DNA of 38,026 bases from the NCBI RefSeq assembly GCF_006345805.1, contig NW_021835909.1, positions 1 to 38,026 of the forward strand, read 5' to 3'. A program made the translations under genes and the position numbers. The notes under the pieces are model-generated. The model ran no database searches. It saw only the letters and a program-made list of their open reading frames with translations, and was not told the origin of the DNA. Positions within the stretch are counted from its first letter, which is position 1. Each line of letters starts with the position of its first letter. Source of the DNA: Octopus sinensis (Eukaryota). Positions 10,540-21,931 of this stretch are shown one piece after another.

Positions 10540-11175
10540 AAAAGCAGCGAGCTAGCAGAGTCTTAATTCTTCTGTTGTTCTTTCGTCTTTACACACTACG
10601 TTCAAATGCCACCTAAGTCGACATTGTCATTGATCCTTTCGAGATCGTGAAATAAAAACCAGTTGAGCACTGCTGTGGATGTAATAGACAAACAACCTCC
10701 ACCTCAACAATAGAGAAATTACTCCTACCATCATGATTTAATATGTCACATTTACAAGAAAGACGAATTGATTGAATCGTTACCACGCTTGATACGTGCT
10801 TCTCTACATTTCGTCCGTCTTCGCCTGCTGATTTCAAATTCCGCCAAGCCTGACTCTGCATTGTATCTTTCCGGGATTGATATGAATCTCGAGCATATAA
10901 TATGAAACCAGTTGAGCACTGGGGTCGATGTAACAGACTTTCCCTCTGCCCAGAAATTGATGGCCCAATGTCAAAGTTTTAAACCAGCATATTAATACTT
11001 CAAGGTAGCGCGCTTGTAGAATTGTTAACGCGCCGGACAAAATGCTTAGCGGCTTTTCTTCTGGATATTTACACTTGGTGTTCAAATTGAACCGAGATTA
11101 ACTTAGGCTTTCATTCTTTCTGGGTTGATCAAATAAGTATCACTTGAACATTGAGGTTGGTGTATTCGACTTACC
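10540..11175 (+). mobile_element. Three degenerate SINE family A copies
   Basis: gcgagctagcaga...gttcaaat...accagttgagcact (~10543-10690), ttcaaattccgcc...cactggggtcgatgta (~10810-10945), aaatgcttagcgg...gttcaaatt...ctttcattcttt (~11000-11170). Confidence 0.65.
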
Positions 11176-11283
11176 CTCTACCCTGAAGTGGCTAGCTCAA
11201 ATTTGAAACTAATATAACTTAGTCACAAGGTAATCGATGACAAGTCGTCGTCATAGATTTATAATCATTTAAAAGGAGCAATT

Positions 11284-11602
11284 GCAGAGGTGCAATGGGT
11301 CAGTGGTTAGGGCAGCGGACTCGCGGTCGGAGGATCGCGGTTTCGATTCCCAGACCTGGCGTTGTGTGTGTTTATTGAGCGAAAACAACTAAAGCTCCAC
11401 GATGCTTCGGCACGGGATGCTGACGACCCCTGTTGTACTTTTTCGCCCCAACTATCTCTCACTCTCTCTTCCTGTTTCTTGAGTAACGCTGCGATGGACT
11501 GGCATCCCGTTTAGCAAGAAGGAACACATATGCCATAGAAACCATGAAACTGGGCCCATGAGCCTGGCTAGGCTTGAAAAGGGCGCGTAAATAAAGAAAA
11601 AC
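11284..11602 (+). mobile_element. SINE family B (head B, tail 2)
   Basis: tRNA-like A/B boxes; TSD GGAGCAATT at 11275-11283 and 11603-11611. Confidence 0.9.
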
Positions 11603-11629
11603 GGAGCAATTACAAATAATTTTGCCTTA

Positions 11630-12015
11630 TAATGTATTGTTCGTTAGTTACATTCAGAAGGAAATCGCCTTAAGTGAAATTACGTGAAACTTTACAAGTC
11701 GGAATCAAAGTAGTGATTAAGATTAAAACTCTATTGCTAATGACACTGATCTTTCGCCAACTCTTTCCATGGAAATGATTCAGAATTAAGACATATTTTA
11801 ATTCAGTTTAAGATTAAGCAATTTTTCAAACGGAAATCGTCTACGATGTATTCATAATCCTTATGATACAGTTTTTGATTTTTATAAAAAGTAATAGATG
11901 CAGAGACATGTAAAGATATGTTGAAAGCAGAAACACCGATATTGGTTATCTTGCTCGTATTTTGAACATATTAAACGAAGTCAACCTTAAGTGACAGGGA
12001 AATAAAGATAATTTG
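11630..12015 (+). pseudogene. hAT (Buster/Charlie-type) transposase remnant, central part
   Basis: LRETLQVGIKVVIKIK...IFRQL, SNGNRLRCIHNPYDTVFDF and IGYLARILNILNEVNLK*QGNKDNL match the order of motifs LHETLQVVIKAVNKIK/IFRQLC, SKGNCLRRF and IAYLADIF.KLNEVNL.LQG. Confidence 0.75.
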
Positions 12016-12969
12016 GATTAAAACCCGTGAACGACGGTGGAAAAGGGTTGCATCAATGTGAGAGAAACAGGGAAAGAAAAAGAAAAATCAAATATATTTT
12101 GTTTCTTAAGGGTAATTTTTATACTATTTTCACATTAAATGAATACAAAAGCTATGAAAACTTACAATCTCATTATCGGAAAACGCCGTAAAATATTCAC
12201 TTTCCTTTGTATATCTGCCGTGAGCATAAATTCATTTGAGATTCCTGCATTGTTGTTGTTAAACGAATGTACGAATGTAGAAAAATCGATGCAATTTTCT
12301 ACCCAAAGCTAGTTGAAGCATCAGATTCTTCCGTGCTATACACAACATCGCGGTCATGAAGGAAAGTCAAACAAAATACTGCGTTGTATAAATCATCTAC
12401 TGGCGACTTGAATTTTTCCAAGGGCGTATTACGCTTAGGGGTATATAAATTAGTATCCACTCGGGCAACAATGGATAAGGGCCGAATGCATGTAAAATTT
12501 TTGAAAGAGAAAGTGACGATCCTCACTGCTTCATGATTAAAGGAAAATGGATAATAATGGTAATTATTACTAAAATATTATTTACATAAATAATTGTGCA
12601 AATCTGGCCGTCTTTCTATTTATCAATTTAAAAGCAATTTAAAAGCATCTGCGGTAATATTTATTCCAATGTCTGGTGTTTATTCTATCGATGACGTTTG
12701 ACGAACCGCTGTGTTACAGTAGTGAACAAGCAAAAGCACAAACTCACACTTATCCGCACACACACATACAAACATATTTATATCAGAATATTATTCACAT
12801 ATTTAATTCTTGATACGTCAGGTTAGGTAGAGGCGCTCAATATTGTGGTCACTAGAGCGTGCGTGAATCAGACATGAGTAGCTACTTTTTTTCATGACGA
12901 TAGTGTATCCAACAAATTCGGCTCAATGGCAAGAAGCCACAAGGACCTTTGTCACAAACTGTATCATCT

Positions 12970-13115
<146 letters not shown>

Positions 13116-13117
13116 TA

Positions 13118-13310
13118 TAGTGAGAATTTACAAAGAACAATAGACGAAGATGGGTGTGTAAGCAACAAAGAGATGTATAAGTTTGACGCTCGGGAAGTGA
13201 GAAAGTCTTTTATGTTTCGAGCCTACGCTCTTCGACGGAAAGGAACACAGAAATAAACACGGAGAGAAAACAGAAAAAGGGAAAAAGTGTTAGTGACTAA
13301 CGATCTATCA
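13118..13310 (-). mobile_element. Short Penelope-LTR-like element with hammerhead-like motif (13207-13242)
   Basis: Minus strand CUUU, CCGUCGA, A, GAGC/GUAG/GCUC, GAAAC, AUA, AAAG, then CCCGAGCG. (TA)n on both sides; homologous to 676-990. Confidence 0.6.
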
Positions 13311-13340
13311 TATATACATATGTGTGTATATGTATATATG

Positions 13341-13387
<47 letters not shown>

Positions 13388-13399
13388 GACATGTTCCAT

Positions 13400-13530
13400 A
13401 AGGTACCGTCTACCATATTCACTCCCAATGAATTATTAGTTCTGAAGTTATCGTATAATACCCTTGCTTAAGGTGCTGTGCGGTGGGAGCGAAACTTAAG
13501 TCACGAGATTGCAGAATAAACTTCTTAAAA
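13400..13530 (-). mobile_element. SINE family D head, degenerate
   Basis: ccgtctacca...ttgcttaaggtgc...gtgggagcgaa resembles 26490-26600. Confidence 0.5.
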
Positions 13531-13559
13531 ACATATGTATACCTGTTTTGATTGAGAGA

Positions 13560-13895
13560 TGCTAATCTAAAATGTCATAATGTTCATCTTCTTACATTTG
13601 CGAATAACATGGAAACGAACCTGAAAATACTTAAAATGCTAAAACATGCCTGCCTGGGCAGTAAATTTCATTCAAGAAAAAATAAACGATGTTAGAGCAG
13701 AATTAGTTGACCAATTAATTGAATTGCAGTATGAATTTGAAACGCGACGGCTGTTTCAAGAAGGCGATTTTGAAGAATATTGGTTTAAACATCACAACAA
13801 AACTTTCGTATTTTTAATACGTATATTCCTAATTGTTAGCGTCGTATTCCTCACGTGTGGCTGCGGAACGAATCGGCACAGTTTTACAGCTGTTA
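13560..13895 (+). pseudogene. hAT (Buster/Charlie-type) transposase remnant, C-terminal part
   Basis: MPAWAVNF...LVDQLIELQYEFETRRLFQEGDFEEYW resembles IPDWVINPF...LQEELIELQ.D...K..F.....FW. Same strand and expected order after 11630-12015. Confidence 0.65.
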
Positions 13896-14411
13896 GCTCA
13901 ACAATGAAGTGAGTTCGGAATACGACAGTAAAAGAGTGACACAGATAGAGTAAGCAGGGTAGGTGCAGGATTAGGGGACAAACACGACTTAGTGGCAGTC
14001 ATTGATTTAAAATGCTATCCAGACAGTGAGAGGGAAAAATCACAGACAAAATCGAAGGGAAGATAGGTAAATTAGCATAATAGTTATGGAAAGAGCTATG
14101 CAAATGAAATAATTGCTTTATTTAATTTATATTTAAAATCAATAAATATTTTTCTTTCGATAATTAACATTCATTTTATTATTTTATTGAAGAATCAAAA
14201 TTTAAATCATAATTATGGTATGTATATCATATTTTCTGATATTAACTCTGTTGGTTAAATTATAATTCCAAATTTAGCTGCCGCATGGATAACTCTATCT
14301 CTATCTCATATATATATATATATATATATATAGGTACTGCATATTTAGGATGAATACTTGATAAGTGTAAGCACTTGTATACGCCAGATAGTAGCAGATA
14401 TATTGCAATAT

Positions 14412-14464
<53 letters not shown>

Positions 14465-14546
14465 ATATATACAATAAATTCAGGGTGATACTTGATAAGT
14501 ATAAGTACCTGTATATGCCAGCTAGTAGCAGAGGTGAGAGGATATG

Positions 14547-14663
14547 TGTATCAAATGAAATAAAAATCAGAACACAAAGGATGTCGCGGTACACATGTTT
14601 ATAAAGCTCGAAACATGTGTACCGCGACGTCCTTTGTGTTCTGTTTTTTATTTCATTGATACA
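14547..14663. repeat. Near-perfect inverted repeat (54/53-nt arms, 10-nt spacer)
   Basis: Arms 14547-14600 and 14611-14663 differ by about 2 substitutions and 1 indel. The spacer/arm join contains GCTCGAAAC. Confidence 0.95.
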
Positions 14664-14681
14664 TACATATCATATATATAT

Positions 14682-14729
<48 letters not shown>

Positions 14730-15284
14730 ATTAAATATCGCAATGTGTATTCGTTCTGTGTTTTTAGGATCCTAATTGTTTTGATCTTCTTATTCTTTAC
14801 AATAAATCTCCGTACTTTCACATCTGTGTTCGCATTCAAATTTATTTCCCCTGCATTATTTTTACCCACAACTCATGCATACATTTTATAGAGTTTGTGC
14901 ACGTTAGACATTGTGTTGATGTGTAGACAGAACATAAGACTACAATATGAAGGTCATTGACCGAACCATCTCTATTGAATATATATCCATATTTCACGCT
15001 AGCTGTAAGAGACGTGCTTTATATTCTTAGTCAACCTTTAGAGACAACATAGCATTGAAATCATTTTATAATATTTTGGTATTTAATTCGCATTAAACTC
15101 ATGCTATGAAATTTATTACAGAACTTCATTGGATCGAGTGTATTTTTGTGGCTGTTATAGCTTATTAATGGATTAGTTTATCCGATTTTATATAACGTCG
15201 GTTATATATTGCGTTAATTCTGTTCTCATGTAAGCCTGCCTGTCAAACTTTATATGCACTCACTTTTCTATCTGTTATATCAGA

Positions 15285-15775
15285 AGAAGAAGAAGAATAG
15301 GAGGAGGAAGAGGAGGAGGGGGGAGGAGGGAGAAGAATAGGAGGAGGAAGAGAAGGAGGAGGTGGAGAAAGTGGAAGAGAAGGAGGAGGAGGAAGTAGAA
15401 GTGGAGGAGGAGGATGAAGAGGAGAAGGAAGTGGAAGAAGAAGAAGAAGAGGTGGATGAGGAGGAGGAAGAGAAGGAGGTGGAGGTTGAGAAGGAGGAGG
15501 AGGAGGAGGAGGAGGAGGGGTGGTGGAGGAGGAGGTGGAGGTGGAGGTGGAGGAGGAGGAGGAGGAGGAAGAAGGAGAAGTAGAAAAAGAAGAAGGAGAA
15601 GAAGAGGAGGAAGAAGAAGTGGAGGAAGAAGAATAGAGGAAGAAGAAGTGGAGGAAGAAGAATAGAGGAAGAAGAATAGAGGAAGAAGAAGTGGAGGAAG
15701 AGAAGAAGAAGAAGAAGAAGAAGAAGAGAAGAAGAAGAAGAAGAGAAGAAGAAGAAGAAAAAAAGAAGAAGAGGA
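15285..15775. repeat. (GAG/GAA/GGT)n polypurine repeat
   Basis: Visible. Confidence 0.95.
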
Positions 15776-15892
15776 GTATAACTTAACTGACATTTACGCT
15801 TAGAGAAATATCACAGAGAAGAAGCGAGAATGCAATGCACTATAAGTTGCCTTGTGACAATGAAATAGTCAGCAGTATCATGTCAGCTTAGA

Positions 15893-16126
15893 AATACTGG
15901 TTTGGGCTTTTGGCACAAGACCAGAAATTGGTTTCAAATCATAGCACAACGCCAGTAATATCGGAGCGTGAGTTAGTCGCTTACATCGACCCCTGTGCTC
16001 AACTGGTTCATATTTAATTGACCCCGAAAGAATGAAAGGCAAAATCGACCTCGGCAAATTTGAACTCAGAACTAATGCCGCTAAGCATTTTGCCCTGCGT
16101 GCTAAAAATTCTGCCAGTTTCGCCTC
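15893..16126 (-). mobile_element. SINE family A copy (older)
   Basis: catcgacccctgtg...gaccccgaaagaatgaaaggc...gctaagcattttgccc...cgcctcc. Confidence 0.8.
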
Positions 16127-16147
16127 CTTATATGAACTCAGAAATAT

Positions 16148-16743
16148 ATATTTCTTTATTGCCCTCATGGGTCCAAACATAGAGAGGAGATTCAAGGACA
16201 GACAAAATGGATTAAGGGCATTAGATCGACCCCAGTGTGTAACTGGTACTTATTTAATCGACCCCGAAAGGATAAAAAGCAAAGTCGACCTCGGCGGAAT
16301 TTGAACTCAGAACGTAACGGCAGACGAAATACCTATTTCTTTATTACCCACAAGGAGCTAAACATAGAAGGGACAAGCAAGGACAGAGAAAAGAATTAAT
16401 TCGATTACATCGACCCCAGTGTGTAACTGGTACATATTTAATCGACCCCGAACGCATTAAAGGCAAAGTCGACCCAGGTGGAATTTGAACTCAGAACGTA
16501 ACGGCAGACGAAATACCTATTTCATTATTACCCACAAGGGGCTAAACACAGAGGAGACAAACAAGGACATACATAGGTATTAAGTCGATTACATCGACTC
16601 CAGTGCGTAACTGGTACTTAATTTATCGACCCCGAAAGGATGAAAGGCAAAGTCGACCTCGGCGGAATTTGAACTCACAACGTAACACAGACGAAATACC
16701 GCTAAGCATTTCGCCCGGCGTGCTAACGATTCTACCAGCTCGC
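16148..16743 (-). mobile_element. SINE family A trimer with 11-bp TSD
   Basis: One full unit plus two identically 5'-truncated units (junctions 16332|16333 and 16516|16517, period 184 bp). TSD CTCAGAAATAT at 16137-16147 and 16744-16754. Confidence 0.9.
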
Positions 16744-16930
16744 CTCAGAAATATTGCGGGATACATAGCATAGTGGTTTTAGCAAGGTCTACGTTTCTCC
16801 ACCAAGAAATGGAAATTTATCTCCTGAAATGTATAAAAACGAAGTCCCCGGACCCTGTATCCTTGTGGCTCTGGAAATACGATGCACTTGGAGACCTGAT
16901 GCTGAGAAACTCACATCTATTAACACTTAC

Positions 16931-17525
16931 GTCTCCTGAGCGATGCCCATGCAGAATTGCTTCTCCTGCTCGGTCAGCACCTTGATGACGGACTTCGCCG
17001 ATATTCTGCGCATGTACAAATCCTCCGTTAAAATGGAATGCATTGATCCTGTGCTTATTCTTGGATGGTTACTCGACGGCCTTCCTTGATTATTCGCCAA
17101 ACTATTCTAATCGGCTCCTACTTTCAGCATGTGGTTTTGCCTGCTCGAGTGAGCCTAAGTCTCCATTGAGATGCAGCCATGTTTGAAGCTGCTGTAGCAC
17201 ACCTTGATCTGAGTTTTGACTTTGGCATCATCGCCTAGGGTCTTCTGAAACTTATGGATGGTTTGAGCTGGAATATCATAAAGCTACTGGAAGCATTAGA
17301 TACAATACCACTGCTCGATGAGTTTACGGGAGACGAAAATCCAGAGAGCATTCGCTACACGCCCGTAGACTGCGCAAAACAGCCATGAATTGACAGAGCC
17401 TACTTGCACGAAAATATTCACGCTTGTGCATAAAGGGTAGCATTACCCCCGCCCAGAGAAGTTTACCTACTCAGCATTTGTTGTACCGGGAAAAATAAAG
17501 TCAGATATTTTTTCAACGCACCTCA
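16931..17525 (-). mobile_element. Mariner-type DNA transposon, 5' TIR plus decayed N-terminal transposase
   Basis: TA then TGAGGTGCGTTGAAAAAATATCTGAC (TIR-like). Translates EQWYCI*CFQ*L..AQTIHKFQKTLGDDA.VKTQIKVCYSSFKHGCISME and HSILTEDLYMRRISAKSVIKVLTEQEKQFCMGIAQE, the mariner HTH and linker. No DD34D region or right TIR seen. Confidence 0.88.
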
Positions 17526-17674
17526 TATATTAATTTATATATACCTGATACAAAAGATTGGCCGCCGCTCAAAAAATTGCTAGTGCCAGGTCGTTGTACC
17601 ATCCTAGCATTAGATGTAACGCACATACAATATATAAGTGCATTGAGTAAATAGAAGCATTAGCAGGAAAAGAA

Positions 17675-17805
17675 TGACTATTGCAAACACTCATGCGTTG
17701 CAACAATAGAAAATAAAAGAATTTCATGTACATAAATATCATATACACAAAAAACATTTTGCTTACGTTCCTATGTTGGCATCAGAGAGGGGGCTTTTAA
17801 ACATA
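17675..17805. repeat. ~130-bp segment duplicated at 22959-23083, containing a minus-strand GTAAGC donor
   Basis: tgactattgcaaacact.atgcgttgcaacaatagaaaataaaa...cattttgcttacgt...ggcatcagagagggg...aaacata is present in both. Confidence 0.9.
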
Positions 17806-18049
17806 GCAGACAAATTCTAGATATTGTTGTTGGTGACAATGATGAATGAGATTCATTAACATTAGAATAAAGTAAAGGAGATTTACTCGCGCTGCTATTG
17901 CAAACTCACTTAGCTGCAAACTATTTAATTCCGATATTATTTTGGCGTAGTTGTACTTTGCAAAATCCGCTCTTTCGTTGCACCGCAGAGTTGGGAACAA
18001 GAATGAGAAAAAGCCAAAAAAACAAAAACAAAATGCTCCTAACAACCAA

Positions 18050-18170
18050 AATCAATATATATATTATATAATCAATATGTATACATATATATCTATCTGT
18101 CTATTTTATCTCTCTCTGACACTCTCTACGTATATATATACATATATATATAGATACATATTTACATGTA

Positions 18171-18202
<32 letters not shown>

Positions 18203-18456
18203 CGTATATATATACGTATATATAATATATATACGTATATATATGTATATATATATTATTATATATATATATTTTATCATATATTATAATATATATATAT
18301 ATATTTATATATGTATATATATATATATTATATTATACTTTAGTATATATTATATATTATATATATTATATAATCAATAAGTATAAATGTATATATCTAT
18401 CTGTCTATTTTATGTCTCTCTCTCTCCCTCTCTACGTATATATATATATATACATA

Positions 18457-18510
<54 letters not shown>

Positions 18511-19040
18511 TATACGTATATATATATATACATATTATATATATTACATATATATATATATTATAATATATATATATATATATATACATATATAATATAT
18601 ATACATTATATATATATATATAATACGTGTATATGTATATAATATATAGATATAAGTATATATGTATGTATATATGTATAAAACCGTATAGCAAAGAACG
18701 TAAAGGTTGTTTTAATAGACAAAACATAAACCACTCTGATAGGTCCACAGAGGAAAAAGAAACTTCAAAAAACTGAACACAATGACAAGGTCAGTACACA
18801 ATCAGCTTTGCTAACCTAATAAAATAGAAATAGGTCGGAACTCATGTCACAGTAGGCATTTATAAAGGAAACTACATTATTCTTATATTTTATTTTCGAT
18901 AAGATCAAGCAATTGCCTTTTATCGCAAATGTTGTAGTTTTGCAAACCGGCATTACATCAAACAATACTTTTTTTTGACGAATAAATTAAAGCACAATTC
19001 CGTACGTATGTATATGAAGAGTATATGTGAATACCGTATA

Positions 19041-19072
<32 letters not shown>

Positions 19073-19263
19073 CATATATATATACATAAATACAAATATA
19101 TGTTTGTATATGTATATATATAAATAACATTATATATGTATATATACATACATATATGTATGTATATATGCATATATATTATTTATATTGTTATATGATT
19201 GAACGCCACACATCTATTTATATATATGTATATATATACAGAGAGAGAGAGAAAGAGAGTGAG

Positions 19264-19314
<51 letters not shown>

Positions 19315-19406
19315 ATATATATATGTTATATACATTTATATATATATAAATATACATATACTTATATACCCATATATCTATATACATATAAGCGTATATA
19401 CATATT

Positions 19407-19437
<31 letters not shown>

Positions 19438-19485
19438 GTATATATATGTATGTACATACATATATGTTGTGTGTATATATATATG

Positions 19486-19520
<35 letters not shown>

Positions 19521-19530
19521 TAATGTATAG
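18050..19530. repeat. (TA)n-rich low-complexity blocks (18050-18690, 19010-19530)
   Basis: Visible; includes an internal duplication of aatcaata...tctatctgtctatttta (~18050-18130 and ~18372-18440). Confidence 0.9.
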
Positions 19531-19790
19531 AAATATCTTTCTTTACCTGTTTCATTGATTGGCTGGCGTCCATGCTGGAGTCTTAAAGTCCCAGCATTAA
19601 ACGCCTTAAATGGTTTTATTTGAGCAAATCGACCCGAGTAGGTATTTTAAAATTCGTTCCTCTTAATTACACTTTTGGGTCTTTTGAAGAAACCCAAATT
19701 TAAGGGGACGTAAGCAAACCAACATCGTTTATCAAGTTGCTCGGAGGATTGAAAGCCGACAAAGAGACTCACGCTCACATACATCTTGGG
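19530..19790 (-). mobile_element. SINE family D-related 3' portion
   Basis: ccatgctggag...aaatcgaccc...aggggacgtaa...caacatcg...tcaag, as in 26250-26420. Confidence 0.6.
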
Positions 19791-20812
19791 CTTTTCCACA
19801 ATTTTTGTGTACCCTATTTATTTACAAGCCCTTTTTTGACCCGGGACTGTAGAGGATTTCACCTGCTTAATGGAGAACTGAACCTGATGCACGAGGTTGT
19901 GATGTGTTCTTTTATTTTCTGTTTCGTTTATGTTTGAGCTCTATTGCTTCAGTTTTCACGCTTTACTGTCTGGATCTATTCTACTTTAGCACATAGCTTT
20001 AGCGGTATCGATAGCCATTTGGTGTAAAGGCGCAAATGCTGGCATAAAGCAAATAGAAGAATGTCTAGTTTCTTACATTGTTGAGTGAATTTGTTAATGT
20101 TTTACAAAACGTTTGGCTTTCGGTAACAGGTTTGCTATCAAAAATATTGATATTTATGGGAACGTAGAAAGATATTAGTTTTACATAATCTGTATCAATA
20201 TGTTAGAAGGAAGTAAAGTAATGTATAAATTATGCCATAAAACGTTTCCCTATGGCCTTTTTTATATGCCATAGGAATATGACATATACATTCCCTGTCC
20301 ATTTTAAGCTTGAAAACCTTGCTGTAGGTATTAAGTTTATTAAGGACTATATGAAAAATGATGTTATAAATACTTCATTATAGTACTTCAAAATACGTTT
20401 GAATGTGCCCCCACATGAATATAACCAGGGTACATTTTCTCCAAAGTCTGTATCTAAATTTCTTCGAAAATATGGGTGGGTGAGGATCAAATACATATGC
20501 TTCATTAAATTTTTCTTATGAGCAGAAGGTATCTACAGTTGTATTCAAGAAATTATCTATACTTCAGTTTGAATAAACTGTACGACTATTTGATACTTTT
20601 CTAAGAATTTATATCGGTTGTTCCTTCTCTTTCTACATCTACTCAGCTCCTCATTCTTCATGTTATACAGAGACTATACATCCATCGTCTCTGTATAAAC
20701 TTCCTGACAGAGGAAGTTTTGTTTGTGAATAAAACGGACTTTCATTAGTCTTTTAAGTTGATGTTTTATTCTCTTTTCTTCGTAACGTACAATGTATCCG
20801 CTTCAAAATATA

Positions 20813-21045
20813 TATTTATTTATTGCCCACAATGGACTAAACATAGAGGGGACAAACACGGACAAACAAAGGGACCAAGTTGATGACATCGACCCCAGTG
20901 CGAAACTGGTACTTTAATTATCGACCCCGAAAGAATGAAAGGCAAAGTCGACCTCGGCGGAATTTGAACTCAGAACGTAACGACAGACGAAATACTACTA
21001 AGCATTTCGCCCGGCGCGCTAACGTGTCTGCCAGCTCGCCGCCTT
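20813..21045 (-). mobile_element. SINE family A monomer with 16-bp TSD
   Basis: Head GGCGGCGAGCTGGCAGA and B-box GAGTTCAAATTCC. TSD TCCGCTTCAAAATATA at 20797-20812 and 21046-21061. The central GTCGACTTTGCCTTTCATCCTTTCGGGGTCGATAA resembles the Sauria/Meta-SINE domain. Confidence 0.93.
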
Positions 21046-21616
21046 TCCGCTTCAAAATATAACGTGATAACAAAGTCGATAACTAAACTACAGTTTAAAC
21101 TAATTATGGTGCTTATATCTCCTCTAAAAATTTATATCAGTTTTTTTCTCTTTCAAAATCTACGCAGTTTTTTCTTTCCAAATCTACGAGGGTCAAGGCT
21201 GTTATGTTATGCTGGGACTGCACGTCTATCGTCTTTATATAAACCCCCTCATAAAGTAATATTAGTTTTACATAGAATTACATAGAATTCCCCAAAGGAA
21301 ATTTCAATATTTTCGTCAAAATCAGTATTGTCATGTAATTCCACCAAAGCATCAAACAAATAAGATTCACATATTTTTGTTCAGCCCAGGATAAGTTATC
21401 AAACGAAAAGGGGAATTTTCATTGCATGCATAAAGATCATAATTTTAGATTCATTAATTGATGCGATCTTGTTACGGATGTATTGCAGAAATGTTTTGTT
21501 ATAGATTAAATATATATAATCTCAAATCGCCCGGAATTTAAATGCTGTTTGTAATATATTTCACTAAGCCATTTTATTACAGACGTACAGTTATCAGATA
21601 GTGTAAAGGAAATTGC

Positions 21617-21931
21617 ATATTTTGTTCTCTGAATGTAAACCTAGGATACCTTTACTAATTCTAAATAACTTGGCTTTGGAAGGAATGTTTAAAATCAATT
21701 TACGTTTGTACAGAAATTTGTCTTGTGGACATGTAATATAACATACGATGTTCGTGATGCTATATACATATAATTTAAGTGAACTTACATATTTTGTTCT
21801 CTGTGTGTTAACCTAGGATGTGTTTAATAAATGTACATCTGTCGGTTTTGGTTGGATTGATTAAACTACATTTAACGTCATACAGAAATTGATTTTGTGA
21901 TCATTCAATGTAATGTATGGTGCACGTAGTT
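21617..21931 (-). pseudogene. Two tandem 143-bp exon-like units (21617-21759, 21789-21931), possibly Cys-rich furin-like repeat remnants
   Basis: Gapless alignment ~70% identical; both preceded by tatgtatatAG. One is open (ITNIVCYITCPQDKFLYKRKL...ILGLHSENKI) with donor GCAATT; the other has 2 stops with donor GTAAGT. Confidence 0.4.

Noticed and set aside
14346-14530. ~45-bp direct repeat (atacttgataagt...gtagcaga) and a 48-bp tandem at 35182-35285
   Set aside because: Ordinary local slippage duplications with no further structure.
15495-15570. G-quadruplex or triplex potential of (GGA/GGT)n and GA tracts
   Set aside because: A generic property of these microsatellites with nothing locus-specific.
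15878-16304. ORFs over family A SINEs (also 5515-5793, 20880-21062, 23451-23636, 26884-27141)
   Set aside because: Chance frames in a non-coding repeat, recurring wherever the SINE occurs.
16148-16743. CRISPR-like array of regularly spaced repeats
   Set aside because: The whole 184-bp unit repeats with no unique spacers, in a eukaryotic SINE context with no cas genes.
20100-20310. Plus-strand LCHKTFPYGLF...IPCP as another furin-like repeat
   Set aside because: Multiple stops, opposite strand to the other exon-like remnants, and no splice signals.
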